Shown: piece by piece, positions 39,233 to 49,159 of the stretch
Position numbering within the stretch: the first letter of the stretch is position 1
Layout of the letters: the number at the start of each line of letters is the position of its first letter
Source of the DNA: a virus
Direction: 5' to 3' (one strand)
Length of the DNA stretch: 64,000 bases
IMG/VR virus record: IMGVR_UViG_3300027779_000011
Coordinates: 32,001-96,000 of that record
The notes under the pieces: generated by a model
The model's database searches: none
What the model was told of the DNA's origin: nothing
The model's input: only the letters and a program-made list of their open reading frames with translations
Translations under genes and position numbers: made by a program

Positions 39233-39251
39233 TTTATAAGCGGAGGGCTTT

Positions 39252-40877
39252 ATGTCTTTTAAAAATGTAGACCTAGGAAGAGATGCTAGGGAGAAAATGA
39301 AAAAGGGTCTTGACATTCTTGCAAATGCGGTAAAGGTCACTCTTGGGCCGCGTGGCAGACACGTTGCAATACAGAGAGAGTATGGCCCTCCGCAAATTAC
39401 AAAAGATGGTGTTACTGTTGCCAGATCTATAAACCTATCTAATAGTGTTGAGGATATGGGTGCTCAGCTTATAAAGTCTGTTGCCGCAACAACAAATGCC
39501 GTTGCTGGCGACGGCACTACAACTGCAACTGTCTTGGCTCAATATATTTATAATGATGGAGCCAAGATGGTTGAAGCTGGCCATAACCCTGTTTTGATAA
39601 AAAGGGGAATCGACATTGCCGTAAAGAATGTTTCGAATTCGCTAAAAGAACTCAGTGTTCAGCTTACAGATGGCGATAGCATAAAAAGTGTTGCCTCAAT
39701 ATCTGCAAATAATGATATGGAGCTAGGTAGCTTAATTGCAGATGCGGTAATGAATGTTGGAAACGATGGAATGATATCAGTAGAAGACTCTGCCGGAACA
39801 GATACCTCGGTATCATACACCGATGGGCTAAAGATAGATAGGGGGTATTTGTCTCCAATGTTTATAACCAATCCAGAGAAGCTTTTGGTCGAGATGGAAA
39901 ACCCATTAATTCTTTGCTTTGATGGTAATATGGGCTTTCATAACTTCAATAAAGAGTATCTTCCGTTATTCAAAAAAGTTTCAGAATCAGGGAGAAAGGT
40001 TCTTGTTATAGCCAAAGAGTTTGATCATGAGGTTATGTCGACTTTCATTTTGAATAATTCAAAGGGCTCTATATCTTCATGCCTAATTCGGGCTCCTGGG
40101 TTTGGTGACTTCAGAAGGGATATGCTTGGAGATATAGCGGCAGCATGTGGTGGAAAGTTGTTCACAGATGACTCTGGAGTTGGACTTTCGGAATCAGAGG
40201 TAGATGATTTGGGTACGGCAAGGAGAATCGTAGTCTCTAGATTCGAGGCAACTATTGTTGACGGTGGAGGTTCTATGGATGATATAGAACGAAGAGTATC
40301 TGCATTAAAAGCCCAGCTTGATTCGGATATGTTAGAAGGCTTTGAAATAGCATCTCTGAAGAGTAGGATTTCAAAACTTTCTGGTGGAGTTGCAGTAATA
40401 AAAGTTGGTGGATCAACTGAGAGTGAAATGAAAGAGAGAAAAGATAGGGTCGAGGATGCTATAAACGCTGTTAAGGCTGCTATCGAAGAAGGCGTTGTCC
40501 CAGGAGGGGGTGCTTCTTTGATTCACTGTGTTAATTCGGTCGAGTTATTTGAGTCATCAAAGGAGTACATGAGTTTGCTACCGGAAGAGAAGATTGGGGT
40601 GGGCATAGTCAAGAACTCTCTTTCTGCTCCATTTAGACAGATAATGATAAACTCCGGAATGGAAAATCAGTATATGAGAATTATGGATAAGATACTTCTG
40701 AAGAAAGGGTTTTCTGGGTATAACGCTTTGTCAAATACTTTTTCAAATAATATGTTAAAAAGCGGAGTCATAGACCCCACAAAGGTAGTTAGAACTGCAA
40801 TAGTAAATGCGGCATCTGCAAGTGGAATTATGCTAACCACAGAAGTTGCAATATCATCAGCAGATGAACAAAAATAA
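39252..40877 (+). CDS. groEL: chaperonin GroEL
   Basis: TLGPRGR, ITKDGVTVA, GDGTTTATVLA, PGGG, IDPTKV. Confidence 0.96.
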   Translation: MSFKNVDLGRDAREKMKKGLDILANAVKVTLGPRGRHVAIQREYGPPQITKDGVTVARSINLSNSVEDMGAQLIKSVAATTNAVAGDGTTTATVLAQYIYNDGAKMVEAGHNPVLIKRGIDIAVKNVSNSLKELSVQLTDGDSIKSVASISANNDMELGSLIADAVMNVGNDGMISVEDSAGTDTSVSYTDGLKIDRGYLSPMFITNPEKLLVEMENPLILCFDGNMGFHNFNKEYLPLFKKVSESGRKVLVIAKEFDHEVMSTFILNNSKGSISSCLIRAPGFGDFRRDMLGDIAAACGGKLFTDDSGVGLSESEVDDLGTARRIVVSRFEATIVDGGGSMDDIERRVSALKAQLDSDMLEGFEIASLKSRISKLSGGVAVIKVGGSTESEMKERKDRVEDAINAVKAAIEEGVVPGGGASLIHCVNSVELFESSKEYMSLLPEEKIGVGIVKNSLSAPFRQIMINSGMENQYMRIMDKILLKKGFSGYNALSNTFSNNMLKSGVIDPTKVVRTAIVNAASASGIMLTTEVAISSADEQK

Positions 40878-40926
40878 TATATTTTATATGTGATATATAT
40901 ACGTTAAACTACACAGGAGGTTGAGA

Positions 40927-41196
40927 ATGTCGAATAATGTTGTACCGCTTGAGTCCACAGGGGAGTATAAGGAACCGTTGCTGGATGAAAGCATCGTTGT
41001 TTCCAAACTTATGTCTGCTGGGGTAAACCAGATACATAGGTCTTATGACGAAGAGCAAAAGAAAGTCTATAGGCAATTTGTAGAATCAAGGCTTTCTTTT
41101 ATAGCACCGTGCTGGAGCGACCTTAACGATGGTGTTAAGATTGAGGTTATTACAGCACATGCAGAAGATTTTTTGCGATTTGTAAATGGAGAATGA
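40927..41196 (+). CDS. hypothetical protein
   Basis: GGAGG RBS. Confidence 0.65.
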   Translation: MSNNVVPLESTGEYKEPLLDESIVVSKLMSAGVNQIHRSYDEEQKKVYRQFVESRLSFIAPCWSDLNDGVKIEVITAHAEDFLRFVNGE

Positions 41197-42040
41197 TATG
41201 TCAAATTCATTAAAAGATAGTCTTATGGGTATTGGAATCAACTCTTTTTTCAGAGGAACTGGGTACGGAAGAAGCACACATAATTATGATCAACTAAAGG
41301 AATCTATATTGCTTCATAAAGACTTCCCGGATAAGTGGTTCTGCCTTTTAGATGATGACGGAAAACAATCTGCTCTAGAATATGCTTCTTCTAATATCCC
41401 AACAATATATTCTGATGGAGGTGATGATTGGTCGAAGCTGATTGACGATGTTAGCTCTGGAGATGTAGATCCTAAGGATATATCTGGGTGGTATGGAAAG
41501 TCATCGGTTGTTCAGGCCGCAACTCTTAATCCGCATTATGATTGGTCTAGCCTATTCACAAGTGTTATTCGTGATAACGATAGCTTGGGGTATATAAGCC
41601 CATCTATTAGAATTGTGATAGATTGTTACTCTGAATACGATGGTAGTGATTTTTATGATTATGTTTTTAACAACGCAAAGGGCCGCAAGTGGGAGCTTAG
41701 GGCGCAGCTTTATATGGCGCTTGTAAAGAGTGGAACGCTTACTCCGAAAATGGCAAGGAAGATGCGAAGCGATGGTGCATCAAAGGCATCTAAAGCTGCG
41801 CTAGAATCTCTGATTTCAAATATATCACTTTATCCAGATAATGAGCCTCTTTTTGTTCAGTTTGTAGATACAGCATATGAAGAAGTTGCGATTTCGTTGG
41901 CAAAAAAAATACCAGAGAATATGCTAACCTACATGGTAGGCTCTCAGTTTCATTATGTAAAAAGAATAGTTGAAGATAGAATGAGAGCTATTGAGCTTAG
42001 AAAGGATCAGGAAGAATCCGAATCAGAATTGCCATTTTAA
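41186..42040 (+). CDS. helical repeat protein (paralog family A)
   Basis: C-terminal KKIPENMLTYMVG...IVEDRM. Confidence 0.65.
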   Translation: MENDMSNSLKDSLMGIGINSFFRGTGYGRSTHNYDQLKESILLHKDFPDKWFCLLDDDGKQSALEYASSNIPTIYSDGGDDWSKLIDDVSSGDVDPKDISGWYGKSSVVQAATLNPHYDWSSLFTSVIRDNDSLGYISPSIRIVIDCYSEYDGSDFYDYVFNNAKGRKWELRAQLYMALVKSGTLTPKMARKMRSDGASKASKAALESLISNISLYPDNEPLFVQFVDTAYEEVAISLAKKIPENMLTYMVGSQFHYVKRIVEDRMRAIELRKDQEESESELPF

Positions 42041-42052
42041 TAGGATTAAATA

Positions 42053-42325
42053 ATGACTAATATTAATGAAGCATGTTACCTCTCCAGTCCCATTCACAAG
42101 AATTCTTTAAACATAGAGCTAACAGAGGATATGGAAAGCAACCTAGTCCTATCTATTGACGGATCAATTATGGCTATTAAAAAAAGCGTAATTTCTAATT
42201 ATATAGACGACCAGGATATTCTAATGATTAGAATGGGATTTCGAAAAGCTACAGATGAGTTATTGAAATACTCAGATGAAGAAGGACTTTATAAGTTTTT
42301 ATCCTGTCTTGTTGATTTAGAATAA
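42053..42325 (+). CDS. hypothetical protein
   Basis: AGGA RBS. Confidence 0.6.
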   Translation: MTNINEACYLSSPIHKNSLNIELTEDMESNLVLSIDGSIMAIKKSVISNYIDDQDILMIRMGFRKATDELLKYSDEEGLYKFLSCLVDLE

Positions 42326-42349
42326 ATAAAAATCAAAAACTTATTCTGC

Positions 42350-42383
42350 ACCCATAGTAAAATTACTTTACTATGGGTTTTTT
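42350..42383 (+). terminator. rho-independent terminator
   Basis: CCCATAGTAAA/TTTACTATGGG plus T6. Confidence 0.85.
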
Positions 42384-42417
42384 ATTAATTTTTTTATTAA
42401 AAGCATAGGGATTAATA

Positions 42418-42837
42418 ATGATAAAGCTATCTGCATTTGAATCAGCAAGAATAACAGACCCTTCCAGTGGAAAAGAGGTTAAGGTTTCCACCACAGTCAG
42501 GATGCAGTATAGGTGGCTATATAGAAATTATGAGCCTGAGTTTCAAAGCATGAGAAATAATATTCTTAATGAGATAATAGGAAAAGATTATTCTGGTAGC
42601 TCCGGTGATGGCAATATGGTGCATAGGTTTAAGCTTGGAAGCTCTAGCATTGAATCAAAGGAAAGGGAGATTGCTGAGATCAGAAAGTTTTCTCCATCAT
42701 CAGAAAGAGCTAGGGCTTTTAATTTCTTTATAGCAGTAGAGCGAAGTGATGGAATTTATATATTAGCCGTAAAGCAAAGCTGGAAGTCTCCTAAGTATAC
42801 CAAAACTTATGGTTATACAAAGAAAAGCAGAACTTAA
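42418..42837 (+). CDS. hypothetical protein (MIKLS leader)
   Basis: ORF after terminator and TATTAAT. Confidence 0.65.
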   Translation: MIKLSAFESARITDPSSGKEVKVSTTVRMQYRWLYRNYEPEFQSMRNNILNEIIGKDYSGSSGDGNMVHRFKLGSSSIESKEREIAEIRKFSPSSERARAFNFFIAVERSDGIYILAVKQSWKSPKYTKTYGYTKKSRT

Positions 42838-42883
42838 GGCTCTACTAATTTAATATAAAGTATTGTATTTTAATGAGGTTATA

Positions 42884-43546
42884 ATGAATAAAAAGACTGC
42901 ACAATTAAAGCCGCCAAACTGGGACCCCGATATTCTGCCAAAGTTAAAGCAGATAAACTATGGTTCTCAAGAGGGTGAGATAAAGAGAATTTTAAACGAT
43001 CCAAGTAAAATTATATTTGACGCAACCTCTCCATCGGATAATCCCAATGCTTCTGCTTGGGTCACAACCGATGATTTGAAAGATGGAAAAATTGATGCGG
43101 TTCATATAAACGCAACAAAGATTCCAAAACCGGGGGATGGCTTTGAACAAATGGCCAATCAAATAATCGCATCAATTTCAGCATTGTTATCTCATGAAGT
43201 CGGACACATTGAAGACTTCAGAGAGGAGCTTTATGAATCAGGACAAGACCCGTTTCCGGGTGGAGAGGCTGTAGCTGAAGAAGCACAAAGACAACAGGAG
43301 CAAAGAGCAATGTTAGCATTAGAACAAATGGCGTCAGCAAAGAGTACTTTGGTGAAGCTTTCAAATGATCTAGATGGTTCTGGTAATGGAAAGATTGCAG
43401 ATAGTATAGATAAATTATTATATGTTATCTCAAAAGAGGAAGTCAGTATAAATAAGACGGCCATACAAAAAGATGATGACGTGTTGGCAGAAGAAGTGTT
43501 TATGTTTAATGACTCATTTTATAAGAAACCATTCGGAAGGATGTGA
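42884..43546 (+). CDS. zincin-like metallopeptidase with cargo motif
   Basis: HEVGH; N-terminal KKTA; C-terminal LVKLSNDLDGSG...ADSID; GAGG RBS. Confidence 0.7.
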   Translation: MNKKTAQLKPPNWDPDILPKLKQINYGSQEGEIKRILNDPSKIIFDATSPSDNPNASAWVTTDDLKDGKIDAVHINATKIPKPGDGFEQMANQIIASISALLSHEVGHIEDFREELYESGQDPFPGGEAVAEEAQRQQEQRAMLALEQMASAKSTLVKLSNDLDGSGNGKIADSIDKLLYVISKEEVSINKTAIQKDDDVLAEEVFMFNDSFYKKPFGRM

Positions 43547-43568
43547 TGATTGGCAAATATTCAAATAA

Positions 43569-45863
43569 ATGGGTGATATAAAAACCATGAAGAAGAAAAC
43601 CGTAGAACAAGAGAATGAGCTTGGAGATACTCCGACTGATGCGATAGCTGGTATGCACATGCCAGATCCCGAAGGTTCGTGGAGAGGCTCCGATCCGGGA
43701 GAGAATAGCTATACTTATGATAAGAAGCAGATTGCATACCATGAAAGACGCCTGACCGGGAGAAAAAGAAAGGAAAATGGTTTATCAAAAGGGGCAAGAG
43801 GTCTTTTGGATATGCAAACGGAACAGGGAAAGTCCGGTGAATATTTTGAAGAGGATGAGACCGGGTTATTTGGCAATGAATCTCCTGAAGATTTACCTAC
43901 TAATAAACCAGATAGAAATATAAGATATGAATCATCTACCGGCAGCTCAGACGTAGATCTGTCTGATTTTTCGTTCTTGGGGTTTGGAAAAGAATCAAAA
44001 AGGAATTATGAAATGAACAATGAATTAATCAAGCTATCAAACTTATTAGACGAGATCGGAAGCGTTAATGCTGCGGATAGAATAGATCTTATGATTATAA
44101 AGGAAGCGGTAACTACGCCTTCTGGGTGGAGTTCACGTCCTAGCTCTAGTGCCTCTACGTCTCAGCAGAATCTTCATCGCGCTTGTACTGCATATTATAC
44201 AGCAATAGATACTATGGAGTCTCAGAATTATTACAGTGGAGGCGACGAAGGTGCTGCCGAGGATGTTATAAATGCAGTATGGGCAAGATATAATGCCTTT
44301 GACGGCTGGGGTGATAACGATGATGCACTTCCAAATGCACTTATTAGCGCAGCTCGTTCGGCTGAGCCAAGTCTTACATCAAGACCTGAGGGTTATTCTT
44401 CATGGTTTGAAGCTGTTGTAAAAGAAGGGGACGTTAATTTTTCCAACGGAAACTCAGCCTTCTACGGTAATTCTGACGGATTTGCAATAGACGCCAAGAA
44501 TTTTTGGGGGAAAATGAAGAGTGCAATCAAAAAAAACAGGGCAGCCGAAACAGCAGCCGAAACAGCAGCGGCAACAGGAGGAACCGCTCTCCAAGATGAT
44601 ATGGACCCTGAAGATAAGATGGGAGATGCTCCCTTTTTCTACCTTCTTACTGAAGCACAAAAGACCACTGCTGAACAGCCCGAGGCAGATTTCTTAAGAC
44701 TAGAATGGGGAGCATCTGAAACACCCCCTCAGTGGAGAATACAGTTTAGAAAAATGCGTGATCTTTCTGTGTGGCTAGAGGCCAATTCAGAAAAGAGAAG
44801 CCTTGTAACGGAAGAGTGGATTGAAGAATTATCAGAACTTGGGAATGGGGCATACAAGGATGGGTTTCAATGGACTACGGGAGCTGTGACAGAGTATGCC
44901 AACAAAGGAAAGATTCCGCATCCAGGGAAGGGATACGCTGCTTATTACGACTCTTGGGAAGGGTGGACTGACTCATGGACTGTAATGTATGACCTTCTGC
45001 GTAACCAAGAAACAGTAAAGGCCTCTGGCGAATTTGCACAACAACAAGCAGAAGGAAGATCGGGCGGCGGCGGCGGTGGTGGTGGCAGTAGAGCCGTTGC
45101 TTCTATCGTTGATTTATCAGGTGGAGTAATAACTGATTCTGATACTGGTAACAAATTCAGAACATGGGTCTATTCAGATGCTGCGAGGGCTAGGTGGGCC
45201 TCTAGTAATAACTTTGATAGTTCTCACACAGTGTTTAATTCCAGAGCTATGAGGAGTGCTTGGGCGACTTATGGTAATCAGTATAAACAATATTTGCAAG
45301 TCGCTGGACCGGACGAGTTACTTGCTGGCTCCGGAACCGGAAGTGTGGCAAGGCGAGAATCTGTGGATGATTTACTTGGGGAGACAGCTCCACAAGCACC
45401 TCCAGTTGCAGCTCCACAAGCACCTCCAATTGCATCTCCACAAGCACCTCCAGTTGCAGCGACTCAGCCAGAAGCAGGGTGGACTATCGAGAATGTTGGT
45501 TCCGCAGTAGATGAGTTATATAGAGGGGTTCGGATTGGCAAAAACAGTGAAAGGAAAGTAAGAAGAACGACTGCTAGAGCACTAAGAGATTTGGGCCGTG
45601 GTTCTACCCAGGAGATTCTAAACTACTTGTCTGGAAGAACACCTCCATCATCTGCTACGATGAGATACAGCGAAGTTTATAACGCTCTAATGGACCTAAA
45701 GGAACAGCTATCAGGAGGCCGCAAATCAAGGGCGGCTAGGATTGATAGGATTAATGCCTTGTCGAAAACCAGTGACGATGTCATAGATACTTATAAGAAA
45801 GCCGCAAACAACCGAAGAAGAAGGGTGTCTGAGGATAGAAAAAAGCTTTACGATAGTATCTGA
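43569..45863 (+). CDS. large probable virion-internal protein
   Basis: NELIKLSNLLDEIG..AADRID...IKEA motif; G-rich and APQAPP linkers; basic C-tail. Confidence 0.7.
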   Translation: MGDIKTMKKKTVEQENELGDTPTDAIAGMHMPDPEGSWRGSDPGENSYTYDKKQIAYHERRLTGRKRKENGLSKGARGLLDMQTEQGKSGEYFEEDETGLFGNESPEDLPTNKPDRNIRYESSTGSSDVDLSDFSFLGFGKESKRNYEMNNELIKLSNLLDEIGSVNAADRIDLMIIKEAVTTPSGWSSRPSSSASTSQQNLHRACTAYYTAIDTMESQNYYSGGDEGAAEDVINAVWARYNAFDGWGDNDDALPNALISAARSAEPSLTSRPEGYSSWFEAVVKEGDVNFSNGNSAFYGNSDGFAIDAKNFWGKMKSAIKKNRAAETAAETAAATGGTALQDDMDPEDKMGDAPFFYLLTEAQKTTAEQPEADFLRLEWGASETPPQWRIQFRKMRDLSVWLEANSEKRSLVTEEWIEELSELGNGAYKDGFQWTTGAVTEYANKGKIPHPGKGYAAYYDSWEGWTDSWTVMYDLLRNQETVKASGEFAQQQAEGRSGGGGGGGGSRAVASIVDLSGGVITDSDTGNKFRTWVYSDAARARWASSNNFDSSHTVFNSRAMRSAWATYGNQYKQYLQVAGPDELLAGSGTGSVARRESVDDLLGETAPQAPPVAAPQAPPIASPQAPPVAATQPEAGWTIENVGSAVDELYRGVRIGKNSERKVRRTTARALRDLGRGSTQEILNYLSGRTPPSSATMRYSEVYNALMDLKEQLSGGRKSRAARIDRINALSKTSDDVIDTYKKAANNRRRRVSEDRKKLYDSI
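45387..45458 (+). repeat. 24-bp tandem repeat x3 (APQAPPVA)
   Basis: GCTCCACAAGCACCTCCAGTTGCA-like units. Confidence 0.9.
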
Positions 45864-45907
45864 TGCTTATATTTAATAACTTGAATTACCAAAGAGGAAT
45901 CTAAAAA

Positions 45908-47473
45908 ATGCAAAACGAATTAATCAAACTTTCAAAGACCTTAAGCGGTCTTGGCCATAAGAAGCACTCCAGTATAGTCAGAGGCCTTGGAGTACCAAGC
46001 GTCAGCATTATGCTTTCAAAGTTTGCAGGAGCTCCAAACCCAGGACTTATAAAGCTCATCAATGGAAATGCTGCTAATAGCAAAAGTCAGGTAGGAATTA
46101 ATCTCAGCTATAAAGGCAATGACGATCTTGGAGAGTGGGCAACGGGTTCGGATGAAATATCCATTGCAACCCAGGAAGTGCTGACAGACTTTATAGATAT
46201 GGTAAAAGGGATAAATGCTGATACCCCAGAAAAAGCCTATGAAACACGCGCAAAGATAAAGGCTATCACGGTAAGTGTTTATACTGATACCGCAGGTAAT
46301 GATGCTAATAACGAAGCTCGTAGTCAAAGGCGAGCAGATATAATTGTTGCAGCCCTAAGGCAAGATGTTCCTGGGGTAACCTTCACAGGGAAGGGTATGG
46401 GAGAGGATGCGGAAAAGAATAAGAGATACCTTAACTTCCAAATTACCGAAATAGAAGCTAGGCAAGCTGTAATGGATTCCCATGTAGTGGCCCTTAATGA
46501 TGGTGGAACAGCGTACTGGTTTCTAAGACAAGGTAACTACTTTGTTGTAGATGTTACCAAGCCAGATGCCCATAGAGCCGCTACCAAAGCCGAATCTGCA
46601 ATCCAGAAAGACAGCACTGGTAAAGGGACCGGTGATGCTGGAAATGCTCTTGTTTATTTTGGAGCAGAGGCTGCTATTGCAGCTGGGGCAATTAGCCCGG
46701 TAGAAAATCCAGCCGGAACAATTTATATGGTAGATAGCGCGAAGCTTACGGGTGCCGCAGCCATGATGAGCTTAGAGGATACAATTCAGTCACCAACAAC
46801 TCCATCTGAAAGAGCCACTAAGCTTGGTGCGTCTGCCGAGGCAGGACAGGTTGCTAGGACCGAAAGTGAAGCTTGGCCAGCAGAGGTCGTAAAAGATTCA
46901 ATAAGAAGACTCCTTGAGATCAGAGAACCATTGGAGATAGACCCAGATGGAGGTGGCTCACAGCCCGCTGCTCAAGCCTTAGCTGCACATCGCGTTAGGC
47001 GCAATATGAGGAGAATGTTCAAGACTAATATGGAAAAAAACCCTGACGGGTTTGACCGTACTGTTCAGAAATTGGCTCAGGAAATGACAGCTAGTCCAAA
47101 CTTTGTATATAATCCAGATGAAGGTGCCGCAGGATCTAACATAGGAATGGTGTTTATGGCGGCGATGCAATCAGAGAGTGTGGCCCAGTCTACTGGTGGC
47201 TCTGCTTCGTCAAGAGCAAAGAACTCAAGAAAGGGTAGGCGAAGAATGGAGAAGGCTAAAGCCAGAGCACGAAAAAGGTCTGATAGAGAGAGATATGATA
47301 ACCCGCTAATTCCAAACTTTATGGAGCGTGGCCAGAAGTTTAACGAGAGAGGCGAGAGAAAGGCTTCCTCAAGCACAATAGAAAGCCTTCATAAGATTTC
47401 AATGAAAAAGTCATCTGCAAAGTCTGCCGCTAAGAAAAGAAGAGAAAGAATTAAAAAAGAAAATATGCGATAA
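45908..47473 (+). CDS. OmpA-like peptidoglycan-binding domain protein with cargo leader
   Basis: NELIKLSKTLSGLG leader; YTD..G....N...SQRRA....L...GKGMGE. Confidence 0.7.
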   Translation: MQNELIKLSKTLSGLGHKKHSSIVRGLGVPSVSIMLSKFAGAPNPGLIKLINGNAANSKSQVGINLSYKGNDDLGEWATGSDEISIATQEVLTDFIDMVKGINADTPEKAYETRAKIKAITVSVYTDTAGNDANNEARSQRRADIIVAALRQDVPGVTFTGKGMGEDAEKNKRYLNFQITEIEARQAVMDSHVVALNDGGTAYWFLRQGNYFVVDVTKPDAHRAATKAESAIQKDSTGKGTGDAGNALVYFGAEAAIAAGAISPVENPAGTIYMVDSAKLTGAAAMMSLEDTIQSPTTPSERATKLGASAEAGQVARTESEAWPAEVVKDSIRRLLEIREPLEIDPDGGGSQPAAQALAAHRVRRNMRRMFKTNMEKNPDGFDRTVQKLAQEMTASPNFVYNPDEGAAGSNIGMVFMAAMQSESVAQSTGGSASSRAKNSRKGRRRMEKAKARARKRSDRERYDNPLIPNFMERGQKFNERGERKASSSTIESLHKISMKKSSAKSAAKKRRERIKKENMR

Positions 47474-47504
47474 GTTTTTATAATATATTTTATATACAAA
47501 CTAT

Positions 47505-47538
47505 AAAACCCCGAACAGTATTGTCGGGGTTTTGTTTT
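47505..47538 (+). terminator. rho-independent terminator
   Basis: AAAACCCCGA/TCGGGGTTTT. Confidence 0.75.
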
Positions 47539-48115
47539 GATTAATATTTTCGATGACGGAAAGACCAAGCTTCGTAAGAAGAAAAAGCATAGGAAACTTT
47601 CTCATAAAAATAAAAAGCAGAATGAAGAGATAGCGGGGAAGGAGAATCTATCAAAGCTGAACCCAATGGCATATCCTATTCTTGCTCTGCATTATAATAA
47701 GAAGCGGCCATCTGAGTGGATAGTAACTACATTTAAAACTATTAACGAGAAGCCACACCACTTAACTGATAAGTGGATTAACAGCATTAATAAATGGGTG
47801 TCTGGAGTTTGTGATTCAATGTCTCTAGATGAGCCAGATATTCAGATAGGTAACAGGATTGATGTTGGCCCTATTGAAATTATAAAGATTAAAGAGCCAA
47901 ACATGATGGCCGAGTTTCCAAGTCCAGCAGTTATAGCCAGAGATGAGAGGGGATGGAAGTGGTTTTTCAAAACATCAAAAGCGTATCTTTATAAGGATGG
48001 AGACTTCATAACATTAAGAGCCACCATATCTTCTCATGGGGAGGGCATTACTTTTTTAAAGCGCCCAAGTAAAATTTCAAAGCTATGCCAAGATATGTTG
48101 GCTGGCGAAGAATAA
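47537..48115 (+). CDS. hypothetical protein, possible C-terminal OB fold
   Basis: FITLRATISSH...TFLKRP. Confidence 0.55.
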   Translation: MINIFDDGKTKLRKKKKHRKLSHKNKKQNEEIAGKENLSKLNPMAYPILALHYNKKRPSEWIVTTFKTINEKPHHLTDKWINSINKWVSGVCDSMSLDEPDIQIGNRIDVGPIEIIKIKEPNMMAEFPSPAVIARDERGWKWFFKTSKAYLYKDGDFITLRATISSHGEGITFLKRPSKISKLCQDMLAGEE

Positions 48116-48142
48116 TATTTAAAATTTTTTTAAGAGGTAGCC

Positions 48143-49159
48143 GTGATTGACATAGCAGATATTGTAGTTGGATTGGCGTGGGGTGACGAAGCAAAGGGAA
48201 AGATAACAAGTCATCTTTCATCAAAGAAGTTCATATCTGGAAAACCTTATTATGATTTTGTAATTAGGTGGGCAGGGGGTAATAACGCAGGGCATACAGT
48301 TTACGTTAACGGAAACAAGTTCAAGACGCACCTTATACCATCTGGAATTTTTTATGGTGTTCAATCAGTTATTGGACCCAATTGTGTTTTGAACATTAAT
48401 TCGTTCAAGGATGAGTTAAGTTATCTTAGTGACAATGGATTTGACACAACGCTGGTAAAGGTAGCTCCAAACTGTCACATTGTAAGTGAAGAGCATATAC
48501 AATTCGATAAGGACAACTTAGCTGCAAAGTTAGGCACAACATCTAGAGGTATTGCCCCATGTTATTCGGATAAGGCGGCAAGGATCGGGATGCTAGCTAA
48601 GGACGTTCTTAGTCCCAATATGATTTGGAACGAGAAGCTTCATGGTAATATTCTATGTGAAGGAGCACAGGGAGTTTGGTTAGACATAAACCATGGAAAT
48701 TATCCATATGTTACTTCGAGCGAAACCCTCCCTTATGCCGCTTGCAGTATAGGGTTTCCGCCACAAAAAATAAACAATATATATGGGGCAGCAAAAATTT
48801 ATGATACCAGGAGCGGCGAAGATCCTAAGTTCCCAAACAGTTTGTTAGATGACCCGGTTTTGTCAAGATTGGCTGAGATTGGTAGTGAGTATGGAGTCAC
48901 TACTGGAAGAAGAAGAAAGGTCAATTGGTTAAATTTAGACATGTTGGTTAGATCAATTAATATTTCAGGGGCAACACATATTATTATTAGCAAGTGCGAT
49001 ATAATTAAAGAGCTAGATATCTATAAGCTTTTTTATAATAACGAATATCTTTCATTTCATTCTATGGGAGATATGCAGAGTTTTATAACTGAGAAAATAG
49101 AAGGCTTATGCGCCCTGGTAAGGCAGATTAGATTTTCATATTCGCCAGAGGGATTATAA
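48143..49159 (+). CDS. purA: adenylosuccinate synthetase (short form)
   Basis: WGDEAKGK, GG.NAGHT, GTT.RGI.P.Y, EGAQG, YPYVTSS, GVTTGR.R. Confidence 0.93.
   Translation: MIDIADIVVGLAWGDEAKGKITSHLSSKKFISGKPYYDFVIRWAGGNNAGHTVYVNGNKFKTHLIPSGIFYGVQSVIGPNCVLNINSFKDELSYLSDNGFDTTLVKVAPNCHIVSEEHIQFDKDNLAAKLGTTSRGIAPCYSDKAARIGMLAKDVLSPNMIWNEKLHGNILCEGAQGVWLDINHGNYPYVTSSETLPYAACSIGFPPQKINNIYGAAKIYDTRSGEDPKFPNSLLDDPVLSRLAEIGSEYGVTTGRRRKVNWLNLDMLVRSINISGATHIIISKCDIIKELDIYKLFYNNEYLSFHSMGDMQSFITEKIEGLCALVRQIRFSYSPEGL

Noticed and set aside
38984-39340. Alternative-frame ORFs with CFS and KQL repeats
   Set aside because: Shadows of the 9-bp repeat in the RBS-supported 38963 ORF
48143-49159. PurZ / Z-genome (2-aminoadenine) pathway
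   Set aside because: The N-terminal motif is GDEAKG with the PurA catalytic Asp, not the Ser of PurZ; no datZ or mazZ recognised nearby
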